NCBI GenBank assembly: GCA_963850295.1
Contig: CAWKKU010000001.1
Coordinates: 29,993 to 93,992, forward strand
Source of the DNA: Vicinamibacterales bacterium
GTDB lineage: Bacteria; Acidobacteriota; Vicinamibacteria; Vicinamibacterales; JAMQPK01
Direction: 5' to 3'
Length of the DNA stretch: 64,000 nt
This document shows, in pieces, positions 19,185-27,762 of this stretch; position 1 is the stretch's first letter; the number at the start of each line of letters is the position of its first letter. Made by a program: the position numbers and the translations under genes. The notes below the pieces were generated by a model. The model was not told where the DNA came from. It saw only the letters and a list, made by a program, of their open reading frames with translations, and made no database searches.

Positions 19185-20015
19185 GTGGTCGTTCACCTGA
19201 TCGACGGCACTTACGAGCTCTTCCGTCACTTCTACGGCTTCAAGCGGACAAAACTGCCCGAGCGCCCGATGAGCGCCGTGGCCGGCGTGCTCGGCACCGT
19301 CGTACAGATGCTCGAAGAAGGCGCGACGCACATCGCCGTCGCGACCGATCACGTCATCGAATCGTTCCGCAATGAGCTCTGGGCGGACTACAAGACCGGC
19401 GAGGGCATCGACCCCTCACTGTGGGCGCAGTTTCATCCTCTCGAGAACGCGCTGGTCGCGATGGGCGTGACGACGTTCGCGATGGTCGAGCTCGAAGCGG
19501 ACGACGCGCTTGCCTCGGCCGCCCGCATCGCCGCCGCCGATCCACGCGTGCAGAAGGTGTGCATCTGGACGCCCGACAAAGATCTCGCGCAATGTGTGGA
19601 CGGCGATCGCGTCGTGCAGATGGATCGCCGCAGCGGCGAAATGCGGACGGCGGCTCTCGTGCGCGCCAAGTTCGGCGTCGACCCGGCGTTCATCCCCGAT
19701 TACCTCGCGCTCGTGGGTGACGCGTCCGATGGTTATCCGGGACTTCCGGGCATCGGCGCGAAGACGGCGGCAAGGTTGATCAACCAGCACGGCCATCTCG
19801 AGCAGTTTCCGCCGGAAGTCCTGCGCGAGAACCGCGACCGCGCGCTGCTGTTCAAAACGCTGGCGACGTTGCGTGCCGATGCACCTCTGTTCACCCGCGT
19901 CGAAGAGCTGCACTGGACGGGACCCACGAACGCGTTCACCGCAACCGCGGAAGCGATTGGCAGCCCCCGGCTGGCAGAACGCGCGCGCATTGTCGCACGG
20001 CGCACAACTCACTGA
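19185..20015 (+). CDS. Stand-alone 5'-3' exonuclease/flap endonuclease
   Basis: LIDGTYELFR, EADDALAS, TPDKDLAQ, ALVGDASDGYPGLPGIGAKTA (H3TH motif). Confidence 0.92.
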   Translation: MVVHLIDGTYELFRHFYGFKRTKLPERPMSAVAGVLGTVVQMLEEGATHIAVATDHVIESFRNELWADYKTGEGIDPSLWAQFHPLENALVAMGVTTFAMVELEADDALASAARIAAADPRVQKVCIWTPDKDLAQCVDGDRVVQMDRRSGEMRTAALVRAKFGVDPAFIPDYLALVGDASDGYPGLPGIGAKTAARLINQHGHLEQFPPEVLRENRDRALLFKTLATLRADAPLFTRVEELHWTGPTNAFTATAEAIGSPRLAERARIVARRTTH

Positions 20016-20032
20016 TTTATACTCAAAAAGTT

Positions 20033-21796
20033 ATGAAGCTGAGATACAGCCTGCTGATCGCGGCGGCCGTGATCGCGGTCCCCGCATTCGCACAATCGCC
20101 CGCACCGGCCAGCACCGGCGCCGAGCTGCACGCCATTTTCGATCGCGAATGGGAGTGGGAGCTCACCCAGGATCCGCTGTGGGCGTCGTACCTTGGAGAT
20201 CGGCGTTGGAACGATCGCTGGCCCGACATGAGCGCGGCAGCGATTGCGTCGCGACAGGCGCATCGCGAAGGGGTCCTCAAGGAGCTCGCGTCGATTCCGC
20301 GCCAGCAACTATCGCCGGCCGACAGGATGAACTACGACCTGTTCCGCCACCAGACCCAGATGACGGTCGAAGGCTTTCAGCACCGTCAGCACCTCATCCG
20401 CACGTCCACGCTCGACGGCGTACAGGGCACCGAGTTCATCGTCGATTCGCTGCGGTTCCAGACGGTGAAAGATTTCGACGACTGGATCGCGCGTCTCGAT
20501 GCGTTCCCGGCCCTTGTCGATCAGAACATCGCGCTGATGCGCGAAGGGATGAAGGCCAACGTCCTGCTGCCGAAGGTCGTCATGCGGCGGGTCCGCGAAC
20601 AAATCGCCCAGCTGGTGTCGCAGCAGGCCGATCAGAGCGGATATTTCCGGCCGTTCCGCACCATCCCAGCCACCATCAGCACATCCGATCGGGACCGGCT
20701 GACGAAAGCAGCCCTCGAAAAAGTCCGCACGCGGGTGCAACCGGCGTTCGCCCGTCTGCTGGATTTCGTCGACAAAGAATATCTGCCCGCGTGTTACGAC
20801 GGTGTCGGCTGGTGGCGGACGAGCAGCGGGCTTGCCGGCTACCGCTACTTCGCTCGATACCACACCACCACCGATCTGGCCCCACAGGACATTCATGCGC
20901 TCGGGCTCAAAGAGGTCGCGCGGATTCGCGGCGAGATGGAAACGATTCGCACGCAGGTCGGCTTCAACGGCACGCTCGAAGAATTTTTTACGCACCTGCG
21001 AACGGATCCGAAGTTCTTCTACAAGACGGGCGAAGAGCTGCTGGAGGGCTACCGGTCGGTCGCCAAACGCATAGACCCCGAGTTGATCAAGATCAGCCGC
21101 AAGCTGCCGCGCGTACCGTACGGCGTCATCCCGATTCCCGACGCCATCGCGCCGATGTCGCCGACGGCGTTCGCCAATGGTGGAGCCCCCGACGGCTCGC
21201 GGCCGCCGTACTTCTTCGCCAACCTCTACAAGCCGGAGACACGGCCGAAGTGGGAGATGATGGCGCTGACGCTGCACGAAGCGATGCCCGGCCACTGCAT
21301 GCAGATCTCGATCGCGCAGGAGCTCGGCGACCTGCCGCACTTCCGGCGGCACGCGTTCTTCACGGCCTACGTCGAAGGATGGGGACTTTACGCCGAATCG
21401 CTCGGCGAAGACATGGGAATGTACAAAGACGACCCGTATTCGAAGTTCGGCCAGCTCACGTATGAGATGTGGCGAGCCGTGCGGCTCGTCGTCGACACCG
21501 GCATTCACGCCATGGAATGGGAGCGCGAGCGCGCGATCAAATATTTCATGGACAACGCCGCGAAGACGGAGAACGACGTCACCAACGAAGTCGATCGGTA
21601 CATCTCCGTTCCCGGTCAGGCGCTCGCCTACAAGATGGGCGAGCTCAAGATCAAGGAGCTCCGCCGCAAAGCAGAGAGCACCCTCGGCGACAAATTCGAT
21701 CTGCGTGACTTCAACGACGTCGTGCTGCAGTCGGGAGCGCTGCCGCTCGACATCCTCGAGCAGCGCGTCAACGAATGGCTCAAGGAACGACCCTGA
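20033..21796 (+). CDS. DUF885 family secreted protein (metallopeptidase-like)
   Basis: Signal peptide; HEAMPGH, AYVEGWGLYAE, RAVRLVVDTGIH, EVDRY, PGQALAYKMG. Confidence 0.93.
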   Translation: MKLRYSLLIAAAVIAVPAFAQSPAPASTGAELHAIFDREWEWELTQDPLWASYLGDRRWNDRWPDMSAAAIASRQAHREGVLKELASIPRQQLSPADRMNYDLFRHQTQMTVEGFQHRQHLIRTSTLDGVQGTEFIVDSLRFQTVKDFDDWIARLDAFPALVDQNIALMREGMKANVLLPKVVMRRVREQIAQLVSQQADQSGYFRPFRTIPATISTSDRDRLTKAALEKVRTRVQPAFARLLDFVDKEYLPACYDGVGWWRTSSGLAGYRYFARYHTTTDLAPQDIHALGLKEVARIRGEMETIRTQVGFNGTLEEFFTHLRTDPKFFYKTGEELLEGYRSVAKRIDPELIKISRKLPRVPYGVIPIPDAIAPMSPTAFANGGAPDGSRPPYFFANLYKPETRPKWEMMALTLHEAMPGHCMQISIAQELGDLPHFRRHAFFTAYVEGWGLYAESLGEDMGMYKDDPYSKFGQLTYEMWRAVRLVVDTGIHAMEWERERAIKYFMDNAAKTENDVTNEVDRYISVPGQALAYKMGELKIKELRRKAESTLGDKFDLRDFNDVVLQSGALPLDILEQRVNEWLKERP

Positions 21797-21824
21797 AGGC
21801 AGTCAAGGCGCGGTCGCGGAACGT

Positions 21825-22286
21825 TCACCTCCGGGCTCGCTCCTGCCTGAAGAGTTCGTACAGCACCACGCCGCCGGCCGTTGCCACGTTGAGCGACCGC
21901 TTGATGCCGGCCATCGGAATCCGGACTCGCGTCTCGCATCGATTCAGGATTTCGCCAGGCAATCCTTCGACCTCGTGTCCAAAGACGACAAGAACCGGAA
22001 ACCGCGGTGTCCATTCGAAGAGGTCAACGGCATCCGGCACTGTTTCGATCGCGGCCGTCTCGCACCCCGCCGCGCGCTGCTGCTCGATGAGCGCAATGGC
22101 GTCGGCGCGCTCCCAGGGAACGCTCTCCTGCGAGCCAAGCGCGGTTTTCGCTATCTGCTTCGATGGCGGCGCCCCTGTAAACCCCGACAGATACAACTTC
22201 GCCACACCGGCCGCGTCGCACGTCCGATAGAACGCGCCGACGTTATACAGACTCCGGACGTTGTGCAATAAAACTGAAACGCGCAT
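21825..22286 (-). CDS. TrmH/SpoU family RNA methyltransferase
   Basis: HNVRSLYNVG, VFGHEVEG, IPMAGIKRSLNVA. Confidence 0.9.
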   Translation of the reverse strand: MRVSVLLHNVRSLYNVGAFYRTCDAAGVAKLYLSGFTGAPPSKQIAKTALGSQESVPWERADAIALIEQQRAAGCETAAIETVPDAVDLFEWTPRFPVLVVFGHEVEGLPGEILNRCETRVRIPMAGIKRSLNVATAGGVVLYELFRQERARR

Positions 22287-22373
22287 GACTCCCTGACTCC
22301 CTAGACTCCCTAGACTCCCGGACTCCCGGACTCCCGGACTCCCGGACTCCCCGACTCCCCGACTCCCCGACTC
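22287..22373. repeat. (GACTCCCN) octamer tandem repeat, about 11 units, between divergent genes
   Basis: gactccct gactcccta gactcccta (gactcccg)x4 (gactcccc)x3 gactc. Confidence 0.95.
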
Positions 22374-22397
22374 TTAGTACTGTCGTAGACTCCCAGC

Positions 22398-23615
22398 ATG
22401 GCGATTGTCGTACAGAAATACGGCGGCAGCAGCGTGGCCGATCTTCAGAAGCTCCGGAAAGTCGCCGAGCGCGTCATGCAGACCCGCAGGCAGGGGCACG
22501 ACGTCGTGGTCGTCGTCTCCGCAATGGGCGACACGACCGACGAGCTCCTGACGATGGCCAAGCAGGTGTCGGCGAGCCCCGACCGGCGCGAGCTCGACAT
22601 GCTGCTGACGGCCGGCGAGCGCATTTCGATGGCGCTGTTGTCGATAGCCATTCGCGAGCTCGGCGGCGACGCCATCAGTTTTACCGGTAGTCAGTCCGGA
22701 ATCATCACGAACGATCGCCATGTCGATGCCCGCATTATCGAAGTGCGGCCGTTTCGCGTGCAGGACGAGCTTGCGCGCGGCAAGATTGTCGTCATCGCGG
22801 GCTTTCAGGGCGTGTCGTACCGACGCGAAGTCACCACGCTGGGACGCGGCGGGAGCGATACGACCGCTGTCGCCATGGCCGCGGCCTTGAACGCCGAGTA
22901 CTGCGAAATCTGCTCGGATGTCGATGGCGTCTACTCGGCCGACCCGCGTGTCGTGCCGGCCGCCCGCAGGATCGGCACGCTCTCGTATGAAGAAACGCAG
23001 GAGATGGCTGAGTCGGGCGCAAAGGTCCTCAACGCGCAAGCCGTCGAGTTTGCGAAAGAAAAGGGCATTGCCATCTACGCACGGGCAACCAACGGACCGT
23101 TGCCGGGATCGGACCCTTCCGCTGACGGAACCGTCGTCAGGCGCAACCCGCCGCGCATGCCGGGTACCGTCGTCGGCGTGGCAAGCGAACGGGACGTGCT
23201 GGTACTGGAAGCCGACGTCGACACCGACGATCTGTTACGCGCGCTGGACGAACATCACACGTCGGGAAAGCAGCTCCACGTGTCAACCGACACAGGTCAC
23301 GCGACGCTGGTGATCTCGCGCGAGAACCTTCATGACGAAGCGAAAGTGCAGCGCTCGCTGCAGTCGCGCTTCGGGGAGCGCGTGACCTTTTCCGGCGGCT
23401 ATGGCGCGGTGAGCGTGATTGGCACGGGCATCAACGCGACCTACGCAAACGTTCGCGCCGGCCTGGCCGCGCTGCGTGAGGCGCACGCCGAACCGCGCGG
23501 GCTCGCCACGTCTTCGTTTCGCATCACCTGGACGCTCCCGAACGACAGCCTCGACGCCGCGGTGCGCATGCTGCATGCTCGCTTCATCGAAAAGGCCGCG
23601 GCGCCGGTTCCGTGA
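22398..23615 (+). CDS. lysC: Aspartate kinase
   Basis: [49 protein letters not shown]. Confidence 0.93.
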   Translation: MAIVVQKYGGSSVADLQKLRKVAERVMQTRRQGHDVVVVVSAMGDTTDELLTMAKQVSASPDRRELDMLLTAGERISMALLSIAIRELGGDAISFTGSQSGIITNDRHVDARIIEVRPFRVQDELARGKIVVIAGFQGVSYRREVTTLGRGGSDTTAVAMAAALNAEYCEICSDVDGVYSADPRVVPAARRIGTLSYEETQEMAESGAKVLNAQAVEFAKEKGIAIYARATNGPLPGSDPSADGTVVRRNPPRMPGTVVGVASERDVLVLEADVDTDDLLRALDEHHTSGKQLHVSTDTGHATLVISRENLHDEAKVQRSLQSRFGERVTFSGGYGAVSVIGTGINATYANVRAGLAALREAHAEPRGLATSSFRITWTLPNDSLDAAVRMLHARFIEKAAAPVP

Positions 23616-23663
23616 CGCCAGCGCGGCAACGTTCTTGCTGCGACTACACGGAAAGGAGTAGAG

Positions 23664-24134
23664 ATGCGACCAACACTGATTCTCGCGGCGCTTGCGTTGT
23701 CTGTTTCCGCTACGGCGAATGCTCAGCAGCAGGCTTCGACGCCGGCATCGAAGAGCGACGACAAAAAGCCTATTACCGTTATCGGGTGCCTGCAGCCCGG
23801 CGCGCAACCCAATCAGTTCGTGCTGGCAACGACGATGGACGCGCTTGCCAAAGGGGTGGCTGTCAGTACCTCCGGCGCAGTTCCCAACGTCACCTATCAG
23901 TTGAGTGGCGGCTCGAACCTCGGCGCGCATGTCGGCCACCGCGTCGAGATCACCGGCACGTCGTCTGGCGCCGCCCAGAAGGCGGTATCCACGGATAGCA
24001 GCGTCACCAGGACGCCGGACAAGCCGAATAGCCCGGACCCGAAGGTCGAGGTCAAAGAAAAGGCCGCGATCGAGCTTCGCGACTTGCAGATTCAGTCGAT
24101 GAAGATGGTTTCCACCAGCTGCGCGGCGAAATAA
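23664..24134 (+). CDS. Secreted hypothetical protein (OB-fold-like, two Cys)
   Basis: Signal peptide; ITVIGCL...HVGHRVEITG...MVSTSC; RBS AAGGAG. Confidence 0.75.
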   Translation: MRPTLILAALALSVSATANAQQQASTPASKSDDKKPITVIGCLQPGAQPNQFVLATTMDALAKGVAVSTSGAVPNVTYQLSGGSNLGAHVGHRVEITGTSSGAAQKAVSTDSSVTRTPDKPNSPDPKVEVKEKAAIELRDLQIQSMKMVSTSCAAK

Positions 24135-24139
24135 TTAGG

Positions 24140-24217
24140 GGCCTCTGAAAAATCGGGGTCGGGTGTACTTTTTACGTTTTACGTAAAAAGTACACCCGAC
24201 CCCGATTTTTCGAGGCC
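24140..24217. repeat. REP-like palindrome, copy 2 (probable bidirectional terminator between convergent genes)
   Basis: GAAAAATCGGGGTCGGGTGTACTTTTTACGT-TTT-ACGTAAAAAGTACACCCGACCCCGATTTTTC. Confidence 0.9.
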
Positions 24218-24224
24218 TCCGATT

Positions 24225-24566
24225 TTATTTGGGCTCTTCGAAGATCTGGCGAAGCTCGCACTCGCCCTCCCCGACCACTCCGAGGAACTCTTTCACCAGG
24301 TCGATTGCGTGCTCCTTGGAGCGCGCCTCGAGAATGGCAAATCCCCCGACAACTTCTTTGGCCTCGGCAAACGGGCCGTCTTTCACCGTGATCTTCGTCC
24401 CGTCCTTCCGGACCCGGGCACCCAGCGCAGATGGCAGGCACCCTTCGGTCGCGACGAGCTCGCCGGTCTTCATGAACTTTTCGATGAGCGCTCCCATCCT
24501 GGTCATCTCTTCCTGTGTCGGCGGCTGGCCTGTCTCTACACCCTTGTAAATCGACAGAAATCTCAT
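24225..24566 (-). CDS. YciI/DGPF domain protein (second copy)
   Basis: VKDGPFAEAKEVVGGFAIL; RBS AAGGAG. Confidence 0.9.
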   Translation of the reverse strand: MRFLSIYKGVETGQPPTQEEMTRMGALIEKFMKTGELVATEGCLPSALGARVRKDGTKITVKDGPFAEAKEVVGGFAILEARSKEHAIDLVKEFLGVVGEGECELRQIFEEPK

Positions 24567-24615
24567 TGCCTTCGTCTCCTTGAAAATGTCGGGCTAATCT
24601 ACCCTCTATTAACAC

Positions 24616-24642
24616 GTCGAACGAAGTTGGCGGGAATCGACA
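24616..24642 (-). promoter_or_regulatory. ECF42-type promoter for the second DGPF gene
   Basis: Minus strand TGTCGA-N17-CGAC; shares TGTCGATT and TCGTTCGWCGTG with the 17712-17738 copy. Confidence 0.75.
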
Positions 24643-24659
24643 GCCTCTGGAGGTCATTC

Positions 24660-26177
24660 GTGAAAACGACAGCAGTCTGTGTTCTGGTCATCTGCCTGGT
24701 GGGTGTTTGCGCGGGGCAAGGCAACCCGGCAGGAAGCGCCGCACGCAGCTGGCGTCAGCAGTACGAGCGCCCCATCCTCGACGAACTGCTCGCGTTTCTG
24801 GCGATTCCAAACGAGTCCCGCGATCGCGCCGGCATTCAGCGAAACGCTGAATTCATCGTGAAGATGATGGAAAAGCGGAACATTGCCCATCGGGTGCTTT
24901 CCGTTCCAGGAGGAAGTCCGCTGGTGTTCGGTGACCTTCCGTCGCCTGGTGCAACTCGAACCATCGTGTTCTACGCGCATTACGACGGTACGTCGCTCGA
25001 CCCGAAAGAATGGACGACGCCGCCCTACGAGCCGGTCTTCCGTAACGGCCGCGTGGAAGACGGCGCAAGCGTCGTGACGCGTCCGCCCGCGGGCAGCCCG
25101 ATCGATCCCGAATGGCGGGTCTACGCGCGCTCGGCCGCCGACGACAAGGCGCCGATCGTCGCAATGTTCGCCGCGCTCGACGCAATGCGGGCAGCCGGCG
25201 TCACTCCGAAATCGAATATTCAATTCGTGTTCGACGGAGAGGAGGAAGCGGGCTCGCCCAGCCTCGAAAAAACGCTCGTCGCGAACCGCGCGCTATTTGC
25301 CCCGAACAGCGTCTGGCTGATGTGCGACGGGCCCGTGTACCAAACCCGAGAGCCACTCATTGTTTTCGGCACGCGGGGAGTGATGACGCTCGACCTGACG
25401 GTGTACGGACCGCGATCCGAATTGCACAGCGGACACTACGGAAACTGGGCTCCTAATCCGGCACTCGGGCTATCTCGATTGCTCGCGTCGATGAAAGACG
25501 CGGATGGAAAGGTGTTGATTCCCGGCTTCTACGACGAAGTCGAACCACTCAGCGGCGTCGAGAAGCGGGCCATCGCGGCGGCGCCGGTGCTCGACACGCA
25601 GCTCCTGCACGACTTCTGGCTGGGATCGGCTGAGGGCGGCACGGCCACTTTGAACGAGCTCATCACGCGTCCATCGCTGAACATCCGAGGAATGTCGAGC
25701 GCGCGAACGGGCGCGCAGGCCAGCAACGTCATCCCGGCCACCGCGACCGCGACGATCGACATCCGGCTGGTAAAGCGCATGACGATCGCGCGCACGCAGC
25801 AAATCGTTCGCGACCACCTTCGGCAACAGGGCTACTTCGTCGTGGATACGGAGCCGGCTGCTGCGATCCGGCGCGCGCATCCGCGCGTGGTCAAGCTCGA
25901 GTTCACGCGGGGCGCCGAAGCGGAACGGACGTCGATGGAGCTCGCCGTCTCACAGGAAGTGATTCGGACGATCGAAAGTGTCCGCGGGCCCGCCGTAAAA
26001 CTGCCGACGATGGGCGGCCAGCTGCCGCTTGGCGCGATTATCCGGCCGTTCAACGTGCCGCTGGTGGTCGTGCCGATGGTGAATCACGACAACAATCAGC
26101 ACGGTCCGGATGAGAACCTTCGCATCCAGAACTTGTGGGACGGAATCGAGCTGATGGCGGCGCTGCTGACGATGTAG
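24660..26177 (+). CDS. M20/M25/M40 family metallopeptidase, exported
   Basis: YAHYDG, ARSAADDK, DGEEEAGS, LHSGHYGNW, NNQHGPDEN; GTG start at 24660 with signal-like N-terminus. Confidence 0.9.
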   Translation: MKTTAVCVLVICLVGVCAGQGNPAGSAARSWRQQYERPILDELLAFLAIPNESRDRAGIQRNAEFIVKMMEKRNIAHRVLSVPGGSPLVFGDLPSPGATRTIVFYAHYDGTSLDPKEWTTPPYEPVFRNGRVEDGASVVTRPPAGSPIDPEWRVYARSAADDKAPIVAMFAALDAMRAAGVTPKSNIQFVFDGEEEAGSPSLEKTLVANRALFAPNSVWLMCDGPVYQTREPLIVFGTRGVMTLDLTVYGPRSELHSGHYGNWAPNPALGLSRLLASMKDADGKVLIPGFYDEVEPLSGVEKRAIAAAPVLDTQLLHDFWLGSAEGGTATLNELITRPSLNIRGMSSARTGAQASNVIPATATATIDIRLVKRMTIARTQQIVRDHLRQQGYFVVDTEPAAAIRRAHPRVVKLEFTRGAEAERTSMELAVSQEVIRTIESVRGPAVKLPTMGGQLPLGAIIRPFNVPLVVVPMVNHDNNQHGPDENLRIQNLWDGIELMAALLTM

Positions 26178-26183
26178 CGATGG

Positions 26184-26939
26184 TCAGACAGCGTCCCCGA
26201 ACACGGCAATCACCGGCCCGTGATCGCTCGAGCCGAACTCTCGCTGGACGACACACGACACCGTGTTCGCCGCAATACTTTCGGTGGCCAGCACGAGATC
26301 CAAACGCCATCCGATGTTGCGCTGCCGCATGTTGCGCCACGGCGCCCACCAGGTGAACAAATCCGGATTGTCAGGCTCCAGCCGCCGGTGCACATCGACG
26401 AGGCCATGGCCGATGATGCGCTCAAGAAGCTCGCGCTCATCGGGCCGCTGACCAATCGCGTTGGGCTTCCGTTCCTTCGGGTGGACGTCCATGTCCGTGC
26501 GTGCCACGTTGAAATCGCCGCACAACACAAGCGGCCGGTTCGACGCGTTGTAGACGTCGGTCATCGAGGCGAGCGACTCGAGAAACCGCATCTTGGCCGG
26601 AAAATCCTTCCCGCCGTTCGGGACATAAACCGACGCGACCGTTAATTGCGGCAGTATGGCTGTGACGATCCGCGACTCGTAGTCGAATTCGGGATGTTCG
26701 AACACCGGGCGCTCGGGGACCGCGGACTTGCGCACGTGAAGTCCGACGCCAGAGTAGCCTTTTCCCCCGTGCCAATAACACCAATACCCTTCGATGTCAC
26801 ACAGCCATAGCGGCAGCTGGTCGACCGTCGCTTTAATCTCCTGGAGACACAACACATCGGGCTGTTCGTGATCGATGAATTCCTGTACCTGCGCCTGCCG
26901 CGCGCGAATGCCGTTGACGTTCCACGTCGCAATCTTCAT
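26184..26939 (-). CDS. xth: Exodeoxyribonuclease III
   Basis: TWNVNGIRAR, LCLQEIK, GYSGV, YVPNG, GDFNVA, GWRLD, SDHGP. Confidence 0.95.
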   Translation of the reverse strand: MKIATWNVNGIRARQAQVQEFIDHEQPDVLCLQEIKATVDQLPLWLCDIEGYWCYWHGGKGYSGVGLHVRKSAVPERPVFEHPEFDYESRIVTAILPQLTVASVYVPNGGKDFPAKMRFLESLASMTDVYNASNRPLVLCGDFNVARTDMDVHPKERKPNAIGQRPDERELLERIIGHGLVDVHRRLEPDNPDLFTWWAPWRNMRQRNIGWRLDLVLATESIAANTVSCVVQREFGSSDHGPVIAVFGDAV

Positions 26940-27010
26940 CAGTCATATCGTGATTCGATTTGCAGCGCTATCACAAGCGCCGTCCGTTGGCGGGATTGAC
27001 AGCGGTTATC

Positions 27011-27085
27011 AACCACAGAGAACACAGAGCGCACAGAGAAGAAATCGGTTGGTCTTCTCTGTGGTTCTCTGTGCTCTCTGTGGTT
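27011..27085. repeat. Inverted 9-mer repeat hairpin (CACAGAGAA ... TTCTCTGTG)
   Basis: aaccacagagaacacagagcgcacagagaaga ... tcttctctgtggttctctgtgctctctgtggtt. Confidence 0.88.
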
Positions 27086-27116
27086 CGGAACGCCGATGTC
27101 GAAGAAGCGTATTCGG

Positions 27117-27540
27117 CTACCGGGACACGACGACGTGAATCAGATTGAGCTGGTAGTAGAGGTCTTCGCGAAATCGCTTGGCGTTCACCTCGTGCAGCAA
27201 GTTAGCGGGCGCTCCGGTGATGAGCCGCACGTCCGCCGCGTAAGACGCGCCGACAAATGCGAGCAGGACTTGCTGCTCCGACAGCGTGGTCTCCTCGATA
27301 TCGCAGTAGATCGTGCCGGCCGCGGCCTTGCGCAGCACTTCAGGGTCGTCGAGCAGGTGGCTGCAGGTCGTCGTAATGAAAGGGTTCCGCGACCGGCGGC
27401 TTCTCTGGTGAATCTGCTGCGCGACGAACCGGCGCATCGCCTGGCTTTCGGCGGTGACCATCACGCGCCCGCTCACGCCCGCCGCCAGTTCGATTTCATC
27501 GTCCAGTACCCGGAGCGACTCTGCTGGTAAGACCTTCCAT
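27117..27540 (-). CDS. Small degenerate sigma-54-activator AAA+ domain protein (probable frameshift just after the ATG)
   Basis: IHQRSRRSRNPFITTTC, AAAGTIYCD, DVRLITG, FREDLYYQLN. The frame continues upstream (LPAESLRVLDDEIELAA) toward an ATG at 27540 with RBS GGAGG, one base out of frame. Confidence 0.7.
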
Positions 27541-27566
27541 GGGATCGACCTCCGCCGTCGTGTGAG

Positions 27567-27581
27567 GCAAGGTCAGCGCCA
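27567..27581 (-). promoter_or_regulatory. Sigma-54 (-24/-12) promoter for the mini-AAA gene
   Basis: Minus strand TGGCGCTGACCTTGC, i.e. TGGC-N7-TTGC with GG-N10-GC spacing, about 27 bp upstream of the ATG. Confidence 0.65.
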
Positions 27582-27687
27582 GTGATGTCACGGTCGTTCA
27601 GCCGAACAATGGTTCGCTAAACATAACGAAACATGAGCTTTGTTGCCCTAGTCGCTTCAGCCATAAACTCTCTGCCAAATGACCTAA

Positions 27688-27733
27688 TGCCGCAATGTCG
27701 GCAATTGACGAAGTCTCTTTCGGCATTTCGGCA
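27688..27733. promoter_or_regulatory. Candidate enhancer (UAS) sites for the sigma-54 activator
   Basis: Palindrome TGCCG-CAATGT-CGGCA (27688-27703) plus repeated TTCGGCA half-sites, about 110-150 bp upstream of the -24/-12 element. Confidence 0.4.
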
Positions 27734-27762
27734 TCGGTGTTAGTCTTGGCCCTTCATTTTTC

